Source: Ascidiella aspersa (lineage: Eukaryota). Taken from it: a DNA stretch of 64,000 nt. A program made the translations under genes and the position numbers. Below are positions 12,826 through 24,700 of this stretch, piece by piece. Where the stretch lies: positions 18,414,001-18,478,000 of the forward strand of contig OZ004611.1 in NCBI GenBank assembly GCA_963924565.1, given 5' to 3'. The number at the start of each line of letters is the position of its first letter. Position 1 is the stretch's first letter. The notes beneath the pieces were generated by a model. The model did no database searches and had not been told where the DNA came from. It saw only the letters and a program-made list of their open reading frames with translations.

Positions 12826-14057
12826 CAGGGGTGGGCAATTATTTTTTAACGCGGGCCGCAAGAGAAACTTAAAATGCTGGGGCGGGCCAGGTCAAAAATA
12901 AGATCCCAAATCCATGCAATATGACGTCATATACTCTGACGGGATAAAACAAATAAGCTAACGAATTTTTTATTATGTTTATAGTTGTGCTAAAATTTGC
13001 AATTTATGTCTAATTTAAAGAAGACGTCGCGCAAAGCGCGAAATAATTGCGACTATATTTGTTTTAAAATGCCAACTTTAATTTAGATTTATAGGGGTAG
13101 CCTACGTGACGCATTGAGTACAGATAAAAATATAGACCACATATCTTGTCGATATGTTGACATTTATCAAGATGTGGGGCGCATTTATTCATATTTTTTT
13201 TTGCCTTTTGAGGCTTTAAGTTTGCCAATGTGTTACTTGCGGTATAACGGCCGTATTGCAAAGACTGTATAAATCGGGTTCAATGTTGCACTGAATATGT
13301 GAATAATAGAAATCACCTTGACCCTTGCAAGATAAATGTCGACCTTAATTCCTGATCATTAACAGCAAAATAATCTAGCAAAGCTAGCAATTCAGGTCAG
13401 ACACATTAACCAGATCTTAAAAAGATATATATATATTTCGCCAACTAAGGCATCGTCAGTATATCTTATTCAAATAGAATTATACTGACGATGCCTTAGT
13501 TGGCGAAATATATATATATCTTTTTAAGATCTGGTTAATGTGTCTGACCTGAATTGCTAGCTTTGCTAGATTATTTTGCTGTAAATCGGGTTCATTAACT
13601 AAATTAGGTTGACAACATGTAAATCGGTATTTTTCAGAGTTTAGAAAACCGCTGGTATTTAGTTCATAATTTAAAGACGGAATACATTCGACCGAAGCGC
13701 AAAAAATAAATTAATTAATATTAGGATAAGTTTGTTAAACTTTTGTTGGGGAGAGCACCATAATGCAGAGGACGCTTTTTTCTGTAAAGAGGCCAAAAAA
13801 TCGCGTGGAATATATACGAGAAAGACAGAAGGGATGCGCGCGAAGCGCGAAAATAATTTCCCTTTTAGTAAATAAAATAGGCTAATGAGTTTTGCGGAAA
13901 AGAGTCTGCAAAGAGTGTTCAAGATACCGTACAACCAAACGTGTAGAAAATCGCCCTTGTTTTTTTCTTATATGCATATAGCAAAATTAGCCGCGGGCCG
14001 GATTACATCGCTTGGCGGGCCGGATCCGGCCCGCGGGCCGTATGTTGCCCAGGTCTG
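12826..14057. mobile_element. Non-autonomous hAT element
   Basis: Termini CAGGGGTGGGCAA / TTGCCCAGGTCTG, GCGGGCCG subterminal repeats, TSD GGCTAGAC / GGTTAGAC. Confidence 0.8.
13362..13582. repeat. Perfect inverted repeat, 102-bp arms, 17-nt spacer
   Basis: 13362-13463 is the exact reverse complement of 13481-13582, including an (AT)6 tract in each arm. Confidence 0.95.
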
Positions 14058-14547
14058 GGTTAGACGTTAAACCATCTTAAGAGAATGATTACATTTACTT
14101 TTTAAGCATGTTCACCTGGACCAAATTTAATAACATGGCCGTACAATACATACACATCTACAATTATATTAATTTATCTCATATCTTTTTCGATCATTTA
14201 CCAAATACCTAGTTGTACTTGAATTTATTGAAGCGGTTATACATGAAAAGGCAAGGCCATGTAATGAAGTTTCACACTTTGTAGAACGCAGAAAAGCATT
14301 GCTAGAAGCTTTATTTGTATGAACTTCGTGAACTATGTCGTAAGATTGGACCATAATTCAAAAAAAGCTTGAAAGTTTTCTTGTAGGTAGAGTTTTTAGG
14401 CGTCAACTGCCAGTTTGTCATTGTCTCTGGAAATGTGATTTTTGTCGTGAAGCGGCAAAAATATATTTTTTGGTTGCTATGGTTTGCTTGGTATGTTTTA
14501 GACCGATTTTTGTCGTAAGCGTTATAGAAGAAGCAGACAACGTAGAA

Positions 14548-16884
14548 CAAGGGTCTCAAACACGCGGCCCGCGAGAACATTTTGTGCGGCCCTCGTTGAA
14601 ATATTGGATTTCCAAGTACTTGAGAATATTGAAGTGTCACATATCTTTTTTTCAAATTTGAGAAGGTAAAATTCACTCTAAAAACCTGAAACTACTCATC
14701 AAACTTCACTATCACATCTCCTTCAAACGCTACCATTTATGCGGTAAAATATCTACAAATACGCCACATTGCTTATTCACATCTGAACAGTTGTCACAAT
14801 ACCATTGTAAGTTGCGCCAGTCAGGTGTCAGTGGAATTGGTCATTGTTCAATTTGATTGTCCAGGTGTGGGCTAGCCTTGTATTGAATAAATTGCTATAG
14901 TTTCAAAAGCCAAATTAGACATGTCTTCTGCTTCGAAAAAGAGAAAAATTACAGACGAAAGGAGAGTTTTTCAAGATAAGTGGGAGGAGTTATATTTTGT
15001 CACCGCGGTCAGAGATATTTGTCATTGCCTTATTTGCCAGCAAAAGATAGCTGTTATGAAGGAGTATAATATGCGTCGGCACTTCGATACAATGCACCGC
15101 GATAAATATGCTGCTTACCAGGGAAAAGTAAAATAAGAAAAAGTAAAACATCTGAAGTCAGCATTTTGTAAAAAAAGAAGTTTCTTTGCAAATATTAATC
15201 AGTCCAACGAAGATTCTGTAAAAGCGAGTTTTGTTATCAGTGAAATGATAGCAAAGTCATCACGGCCCTTTGCGGAGGGTTTGTTCATAAAATAATGCCT
15301 TGTGAAAGCAAGTGACATTTTATGTCCAGGTAAAAAAACTGTTTGAATGTATAAGCTTATCCCCAAATACAGTTGCAAGTAGGGTCACAGATTTAGCTGC
15401 AAATGTGGAGAAACAGTTAGTTGCGACCGTAAAGGACTTCGAAGCATTTTCGATTGCCCTTGATGAGAGCACAGATGTGTCAGACACCGCACAATGTGCT
15501 GTGTTTATCTGGGGTATAGACTGCATTCTAAATCTGACGGAAGAGTTTCTGGAATTAATACCATTGAAGGGTACTGCAACTGGACGAGATATATTTCAAG
15601 CCTTAGAAAAGTGCTTCGAGAAACATGGCTTGCCATGGGATAGGCTTGTATGTTTGGCCACAGACGGTGCACCGGCAATGCGTTATAGCAATGTGGGTGT
15701 AGTTGGATTTGTGAAAAACAAACTAAACAGTCTTGAAACCGAAAGAATCAACTTAGCTAGTGTACACTGCATTTTACACCAAGAAGCCCTTTGTAGTAAA
15801 AGTCTACAAATGAAGGAGGTCATGGATGTTGTTGTTAAAACAGTCAACTTTATACGATCTCGGGGGTTGAACCACAGGCAGTTTAAATCATTTCTTGCAG
15901 ATATGGACTCTGAGTACGGTGAACTACTTTATCATACTGAGGTCAGGTGGCTGAGTCGTGGAAATTTTTTGAAGCGTTTCTTTGCACTCAGAAATGAAAT
16001 CGCTTCATTTATGAAAATGAAAAACAGGGCAGTTCCTTTGTTGGCTGATGCTACTTTTTAATGCAATCTTGCTTTTCTAACCGATATTACACATCATTTG
16101 AATGAACTAAACTTGAAGCTTCAAGGTAAAAAACAAATTATTGCACAGATGTATGACCATGTGGGATCGTTCAAAGTCAAACTACGTTTATGGTTGAAGC
16201 AGTTGGGTGAGGGGAATTTGGCTCATTTCTCAACTCTGAAGGAAAAGTTGAGGTTGAATTCATGAGAGAATATACAGATTTGTTGTCTTATTCAATTCAG
16301 CAATTTGACGTGCGCTTTGCAGAATTTGAAGTATTAGAGCCGCAGTTTCGACTTTTTTCAACGCCATTTGCTATAGAACTTGACAATGTAGCCGAGGAAT
16401 TGCAAATGGAGTTGGTGGAACTTCAATGTGATACTATCCTGAAGCAAAAGTATGCAGAGGTAGAAATTCAAGAATTTTATAGATTTCTTTCACGAGAAAG
16501 GTTCCCGAAGTTACTCTCTGCTGCAGCAAGAATTATTGCAGTGTTTGGAAACACATATGTATGTGAGCAATTTTTTTCATCGATGAAGATCAACAAGACT
16601 GTGCTAAGGTCACGTATCACTCATGAACATCTGCAAGCAACTCTGCGATTGGTTTCTGCTCACAAGTTGAAGCCCAATATCAAGGTCCTTGTTCATGAAA
16701 AACGCTGCCAGTTAAATAGCCAGAACAAAAAACAACTATAGACTAACTCATCAACCTACTTATCTTTTATTGTGTTTTTATTTGTGTTATCGTTTTATTG
16801 TGACATTTCATCGTGAATTGCGGCCCTTGGGTATTTTACACGTTCCCATTTGGCCCTCAGAACATTTTGAGTTTGAGACCCTTG
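14548..16884 (+). mobile_element. Buster/SPIN/Charlie-type hAT DNA transposon, full length but inactivated
   Basis: Perfect 14-bp TIR CAAGGGTCTCAAAC / GTTTGAGACCCTTG; exact 8-bp TSD ACGTAGAA (14540-14547, 16885-16892); encloses a transposase pseudogene. Confidence 0.95.
14921..16741 (+). pseudogene. hAT (Buster/SPIN, GTF2IRD2/ZBED5-like) transposase pseudogene
   Basis: Fragments 14921-15136 (BED-finger CLIC...RRHF..MH), 15312-16061 (FSIALDESTD, TDGAPAM, HCILHQEAL, VRWLSRG) and 16262-16741 (TYVCEQFFS) separated by stops and frameshifts. Confidence 0.93.
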
Positions 16885-16925
16885 ACGTAGAACTTCCAAA
16901 TATTCAGACATTGCGTAGAATGGTA

Positions 16926-17140
16926 TGTAGGTTTGTGTTTGAGGTTTAAGAGTGCGCACTCCAAGATGCATTTAATTGGGGCCAAAAATCAAAAGTGTAA
17001 CGTCATCGTTTAAGTTCTTTTTAGCTATCTAGTCCTATCTAGCGGCAGAAAAATTTGAATACAGAATGCGTTCATTACGCTTGCTATATTCATCTCGCAA
17101 AGCGACAATAGCGGCTGCTGGCATCCTGCTGCGCTTTTAA
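16926..17140. repeat. Dispersed repeat, copy 2
   Basis: Colinear similarity with 12545-12770. Confidence 0.55.
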
Positions 17141-18735
17141 AAAAAAGATTGATTGGGTTGTAATTTGCATGCGCCTACAAACAGATTGCCAAATGCAATT
17201 AGGAATGTACGATAATGCTGATTTCATTCCGCTACCTATAAATTTTGAGCATATAGTTTACTGGAAGACATGGCCCGGTGTCCAAACATGTGCAAAAATC
17301 TCTATCAACTGTATTACATTGTTTTGACTACAAAAACAACCCAAATCGGCTAAAAATATAAATAAAAGAGGACCAAAAATCCAGATACTATGAAAAGTAG
17401 AGTGTCAAAAAGAAGTGCGAATCGCAAAATAACGAATCAAATTTTCAGTTACTTAACTAACATGTGTAACATGATATAAAGAATATTCGACAGCATAAAA
17501 TAATAGTTAGGCTACCGATAAGCGTGAGATAGATTCTTATTACCATCACTATATGAACAGTTAATTTTTTTTTTTTATTAATAAAATCAATAGCGAAAAA
17601 AACGAACAAGAAAAACAAATCCAAATAGTAAAGCTCTCAAGCAGCTAACGACCATTTACTTTTGTGTTTTTTATTACTTTTTATTTGTCATACTTCCTCT
17701 TTTTAAAGTCGAATATCGCTCGAAAGTTCCCCCAGAAGATAACATCATAAGAAAGCGTAACATAGTCGGGTCAGCTTCGGCATATTTACGTTGATAAATA
17801 ACATATACATATCGCGCGCATAAAAGGACACAATTCATAAATGTTTTGCACGGTTCATTTTTGTGCAGTCCAAAGAGTAATTGCTCGCGGGAAAAAAACA
17901 CACGGTATTCGTAGTTTAGTACTTAACCACGCACTCACGTTTTTCCAGTATAGACACGTAACAGGACACAAATAAAACAAGTGGTACAGGGTAAACAGTT
18001 AAATGTTGTAGTAGAGCCAGCCTAAAAATTGGTTGGCGCCTCCTAGCGGGGACTCTCTAAACCGTATAACAACCTCTGGTCCAAACAGTTCAGCGCGCCA
18101 AATTCCACTAGTTTGCACTTTAAAGGTCAACTGGTTTGTTTAGGTTGGCCACAGCTTTCAAATAAAATTCTTTTTTTTCGGGTAACACAAAGAGATAAAA
18201 ACGGGTGACGAATTAGTTTAAAACCATGAAAAGTGTGCCGTGATTTTGCTGATTTTCTTTACTTTGCTTTCCGAAGGTACTTTCTATAATAGTCAGTAGG
18301 ATTTCCACGAGAACAAGTCAAAGTCTTTGTTCTACCTTATTTCATTTTATCGGAAAACCTTATGAACTGTTATATTTATACATATTTAAAAAAAGAGTTA
18401 AACATTGAATTTAGTCAATTTGCTTTACAAGGAACACCATGTATTGTGTAGTGGAAAATTACGCTTTATTTCAATGAGTTCGGGTGTTTATTTTTATGGC
18501 TGTTAGCTACGGAACAGGCCGCACTAGATAAAAAGTAACCATAGTAATGACATAGCCTAATTGACACAGACCAATAAATATAATAATATTTTTTAAATAT
18601 AATTTTATATTTTTATTGTCGGGCGGCATGGCATTTCTGCCTATTTATTTTGTTTTTCTTACGCTAATTACGGCGTCCGTTAGCATTACTTTTTCGCCTG
18701 GCAGGAATAGGAAGTGCTCTATAGATTCGGTAGAT

Positions 18736-21700
18736 ATGGAAAATAAATCGAACATGCTGGCCACGGCGGTTTGTCAATTGGCCTGTGTCAGTTTGCTCTT
18801 GGTGCACTGGGCAACCTTGGAGTCCTACTTTGCAGCAATTGCGTTTCAGTTCGTGCGTCCCGACTTGCTTAAGATCAGCATACCATCGCTAATGAACCTC
18901 GTGTTCGTGCCGCTGTTAACCTCCGTATTCCATTATCTGGTTGTCGGCATGATCTGGTGCGCGAGCGAAATGCGCAAAGCCGTGGGTGGATATCAGAGCC
19001 AACAGCAGCAGCAACAAGTAACTCCAACAAACTGTTGACGGACAATTGCAGCGCGATCGCCCGAAAGCTGTGCTTTGTGACCCTGAGCAGCTTGATCTTG
19101 CCGCTCTGCAACTTGCCCCATCTAGACGACCACGGAATGCTGCCTTGCCATCTACTCGATCGGAATTATTGTGGCGCCCATTCACATGCGCTACGCTTGC
19201 GAAAACGTAAGTTAGTTGATAACGTGCCTCTTGGTATGTTTGTAGTTTTAATCAGCTTTTAATCGGGCATTTGTATTCGGAAATACACATATTTCCATTC
19301 AAAAATGCGTCAAAAATCTTAAGGAATAACTTTATATGTTTATTATGACTGTATGAATACGTGTACAATGACTGATTGTTAGAAACTTTACGTCGATTTT
19401 TCTCATTCAAGACTTTTTATAGCATAACAAATTAATAAAGAGTAAGTTTTTTTGAAACAAGGTATAACTAAGTTCCTGGGTACCTCTGGTGCAATGTTCG
19501 CTTTCGGTTTGTACACTGCAGTAGTGCAGTCGTAATCCCAATTCGTGTTTGCTTGACACGTATGGTCTACTGCAGGGGTTCTTGAACTGAGGTCCATGGA
19601 CCCCTTGAGGGTCTGTGAACTAGCTTAAGGGGTCATGAAGGCCTAATTGAAGTATTATTTTTTTGTATTATTTAAAAAAAGTACGAATTTTTCAAAGAAC
19701 CGAATTTAATCTAAACAAAAAAGTTTTTTTGCACTGATTGTATTTAGATTCCATTTCAGTTATTTTAGTTTTATATTTTTGACCGGAAACAGCAGACTTC
19801 TGAAATGTCATTATATTATGCAAAAAAAATGTCATGCCGACCATGATTTACGTTGAGCAATTTTCTTTTAGGAGTCGGTGATAAAAAAGTTTAAATATTA
19901 TAACAGTTCATTAAGTTTTCCAAAGATAATAAAATAAGGTAAAATAATAGCTTTGATTTGTTCTCTAGGTAAACCCACTGACTGTTATAGCAGTAAAGAA
20001 TACAAAACATCATTTTTATCCACTTTATGTTGGTGACTAATTTAAAAAATATGACAATTTAGTTTGTTGTAAACAAACATAAAACTTTTTAAATCGTTCA
20101 AGGGGATGCTGGAAATACCTGAGACTGACGTGATACGGCGGTGCTGCTCAGGTGCACAGGCCCTGAATAGTAACTTTTTGACACACCATAAAACGTTGCA
20201 AAAATAGTTCTAGTGAACGTATTTTTTTCCAAGCGGTACGTTTTTGGTATTATTAGTACAAAAAAAATTGTTAGGTGGCACGCCTGGCAAGGTCTCGCGA
20301 CACACCGGTTGCCAAGAACTGATTACAGGTTAACCACTTCGGGCCACCGACGATTCGTCACCGTCGTGTTATATATCTGTTTGGGTGGACAGATCTTCGG
20401 AAATTGCATCCGGCCGCAATGTTGGCAAGGTGCTGCAAAGTTGAGTTAACGTGCGCATGCTTATCAATGGAAATTAGGACTGCCTGATAACTTCAAAAAC
20501 TCTAAACGTGTTTTATGCGATTCGTATTGTATCGTTCTAACCAGGCGGTTCGAGCGTGTTAAGTTTAGCTTCTGCACTATAACTGTTTGTTTTACGAATG
20601 ACCCATGTGAGCAACGCAATATTTGTTTGATCGTTCGTTAGATGAGAGAAAGGTGCATTTTCAGTCAAAGTGGGAAAATTTAGTGCATTGAAACAAAAGG
20701 TTGGCGAACCCAGCTCTACACTATTTTAAACGTTCGGTTTTAAGCGATTTTATTTACTACTAGACGAAATACCAGGCGTTGCCCAGGTGAAGTAGAGTAT
20801 TTAATTGCATGTAGAATATGAAGCTTTTTACAATAAACGCGATTAAGTACATTAGTACAATGCCCCGATTTTGCGTAGTAAAAAATGTATGAAGCCATCA
20901 AGCTGTTAATTGTTGATCACCACCGCATATTATGGCGTACCATCTCACTCCAAAATATTTATTATAAGAACATTCAAAGCGTAAAAAAGAATGTAGTCGC
21001 AAACTATATACGGATATTTTAAAGGTGTAATTTCCTTCGAAAGAAGGAATCTTTTCGAATTCGACTTGCCGAAATTTGACTTGCCTAATAATAGGTTTCT
21101 AAAGCGATCGTGCCTCATGTTTTTACAGAGTTTGTAAAACATTTGCTTAGACCGATTCAGCGAGAAATCATAACGATTTCGGAACAAACTTTGTTCCTGC
21201 GAAACAAAATCGGGAACAATAATGAGAACACAAAGCAAATTTTCATACGAGATCATATCCAAAGAATCTCCTGTAGGCTTTTGGTTGACAAATGTTTCGA
21301 TAAGCCATCAACAGAATACAGTCGATTTGTTGTCCGCGTCCAATCAATGATTTAAATTGAAAACGTAAAGATTTTCATGTTAAGCGGAGAACAGGCAAGC
21401 TCAGATATGCCGGGAAACTTGAAACTGGAATAAACATTTAGATTTGTGTTCAAGGTCACGACACGGTTGCGTTTCACGTTGTATAAATTCTTCAAACGTT
21501 GACATGCATCTGCGAACGAAAAAGTTTAACGTGCTGGTTCAATATTAAAGGTGCAAACGGGATTTAGGCGTTTTTCAATTAAAATTTCCTAAACTAGGAA
21601 AAATATAAAATTATTAATTACAAACAGAAAAAAATTTGAACAGTGTTTTTGACAATGATCTTTAACCACAAAGAAAATCGACCAGTCAAATATCCCAAAT

Positions 21701-24700
21701 ATACTGTAATAGCGATCGCCAAAATTGAATTTTTTTCACCTATAGGCGTCTCGACTGAATCAGTTTGTGGTTCGGGTTAACCAACTTAGCTTTCAGCGTC
21801 GTCAGCGACTACCAATTTTTCTCGATACAGTTTTAGCAGATTGTAAGAAGGTAAACCCTTTCTGACTGCAAAAAACAAACAAACAAGCGCGTTAGCTCGA
21901 CTGGTGGTGAAATGTTCTATGACAGGGATGACGAACCACTGACCCGCCATCACAGATTTTTTATGACCTACTTAAATGTTATCAATCATTTTAAGGAAAG
22001 ACTAAATGTAAAAAAAAACAATTTTTCGAAAACCCTGGTTAAACCATGCCGAAAAGCTTTTTGCTGAATTCCTGTAATCCCATAAAAAATGCTGCATTAT
22101 TTGTTAACTATCTAGGTTTTTGATATTCGTGGGAATTAGAATTTGGAAATTATCCAAAAATCTTGAATTACAAACCCAGACAATCACACTTAAAACGACG
22201 CAGCAGAAGAGTTTCGCATAAAATTAGCAGATATTTAAATATATATGACCCACTTGTGCATTTTGTAAGAATTAAGGTCGTATTTGTGACCAGCGCGATG
22301 AAAAAGTTCGCCATCCCTGTTCTATGAAAACATTACATTTTTCAGAAAATACTAAATCTAAAAAAATTATTTAAGGAAATCGTTTAACGGTTATCGTTTA
22401 CAGAACAGTTACAACGCAAAGGGTTTTACAAGCTTTCCTAGGCCGTGGCGTATTTGTAGCCTATATGCTTACCCAAGTATGTATGATATTCAAGAAGCCA
22501 CGAAAGGTAACCAATTACACCCAAGAGCGAAGCAATCTTGAATCCAAAAATAATCTGCACAGCGAGGCGGCCGCTAACCCTCCTACAGTAGAAATCTAAA
22601 AAAAGAATCTTTATAACGCTGTGAAATAAGCTATATTTATAACACTGTCTTTGTAAACGCGTTGCAAGAGCAAAATAACAAAGCTCTTGATTTTATTCAG
22701 AAATATTGATCCACTTTAATAAAGGTCATCTTTAATCAAGAAACACAGTTTTGCTCTATAGATTCTCACTCGATGCTAGTTTGTTGTCTTCTAGTTTTTA
22801 CGTTGATCGTGCTGTCAAACAATTCTTTGATGTCGCCGTTTGTATTGAAGTGCGGACACAGTTCACATCGACTTTTTCCGAAAGTCAGTGTTCGAAACTT
22901 TAATCTTTCCTCGACATTACTGGTTGACATTACTGGATACCAAATAACAAAATGTTGCGCATAGCAAAGCAGCGGCGTCGATGAGAATCAGCGGTTATTG
23001 CTTTGGCTATAATATTGGCTGTAGGTCATCGACTTGCGATTCGGGTGTTGGAGCCGCGGATAAGTTAAAACGAGAGAGTTCCTCTTGCTGTCTTCCTTGA
23101 ATGTAGGTGCAGGTCATTTTTGCTGCGGTTCTTTGCCTTTGTCATCTCGTTTTGTATCAAGTCTTTCGGTATTGCATTTCTTCAAAAGTCATGCAAGCTT
23201 CTTTAGTTGTGTTGTGTATGCTGTTGTCGCCAGAATTCGACCAAAATTAAACGTAGTGTAGTGTTTGACTGTAATATTGACTGGAAAATATGATGCGAAA
23301 ACTATGTAGGTGTAAAGGGTTTCCACTGTCTGTTGGTTTGTGGTAAATCGTACTTTTAATGGATCCTCCCACCATGGACACGGCAGTTTCCAGGAAGTTG
23401 ACTATGCTCGTAAGTACGGTAATCTATGTTCATTTGATATGTTGATTTGCCAAATTAAAGTCGGAAGAACAATTGCAGTTGTTGCGCCCCGTGCATTTGA
23501 AACTAGAAAAATGTCGCCAATGTATCGTAAATATAACCTTGGTTGTAGTTGTTGACTAACAAAGAAAGAGTCTTCCAGTTGAGCCATGGAAATATTGGCA
23601 TACTGTGGGGGCATTCTAGTATCCAATGCCGTACCTTTCAATTGCAAAAAGTGCTGGTTGCCAAACATAAAATGGTTATGTTCCAAAATAAACTTTGCCA
23701 GTTTACCTATAGCGACGATGTGAGGTGAACCAGGTATAGTCGTTTAAAGATTGCGTCGATGCCGTCCAACGACTCAACGTCCATTGCTACCATATTTAGT
23801 CTATTGGAAAGTCATTTAAGTGTTTGATTTGACTGGTAAAGTCTGTTATGTCGAAGATAAAGCTGTTTTCCGATTGTGCATAAGGCTTTAGAATAGGTTC
23901 TAGATAACCTGGAACGTTTTCTACCAATGTCCCATTGCAGGAGACGTTCGGTCAGCCCGGATTTCCTGCTTTGTGTATTTTAGAAAGTAGGTTCCCTAGT
24001 CCTCATCCGCATCCGAAAGCAGCTAATATACACGTCTAGATTTTCGTTTCTGCTTTCTTGGATAGTTCAGTGGCTGCGATGTTTTGTTGTTATGGGAACG
24101 TATCTCTCACCCACGTGCTTTTGACCACAGACAATGGTGTTGCTGGTCACATGCGGCTGACGGGCCTGGGTTTGAACCAACCTGCACTAAGATTCTTAAA
24201 CATTTTGGTCAATAAGCAAGTAAATCAAACACCTCAATACGACATATAGTTAAAGTTCACGAGTGTCGAGTAAGTTATCCTGCGAAATTTGAATATATAT
24301 GATGATTTGGCTCATTAATTGTTCCAGTTAATTTTGCAAAAAACTGTTCACGTTGGATTACGTTGAGGATAAATGTTTTTGACTGGTTTCCGGTTAGCTA
24401 TATGCCTGTTATTTTGTCAATAATAATTACTAATTCGTGTGTATCAATTAGCTGTTTTTTGATAGACGATTCGGTGCTCGTTTTAGTGAATAAAATTTAA
24501 AGTAACTTCATTACAGGAACAATAAAAAATATTTTAAGGCTACTGTTTTTGATTAGTCACGTTTTTTGTATAGCTAATTGTTGCATCATACACCCATAAA
24601 TATGCAATTGGCAAACAGATGAAAATGATTGTTTTATTGGCAACAATGGAATCCTCCGGTAGGTGCTTGTTATTTTACAGATGTAGGCTAAAAGGCAAAC

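Noticed and set aside
19030-19040. Ornithine decarboxylase antizyme (+1 shift at a UGA)
   Set aside because: The site is TGT TGA rather than TCC TGA, and neither ORF resembles antizyme; both are hydrophobic.
19036-19125. Four in-frame TGA codons suggesting a selenoprotein
   Set aside because: An in-frame TAG follows at 19123-19125, this frame has poor codon usage there, and I could not identify a SECIS element.
20945-21355. Helitron Rep/helicase coding remnant next to the CTAG end
   Set aside because: The frames I translated show no Rep or PIF1 motifs.
24140-24195. tRNA or tRNA-derived SINE (GGGTTTGAACC B-box-like)
   Set aside because: No cloverleaf, no convincing A box and no second copy in the window.
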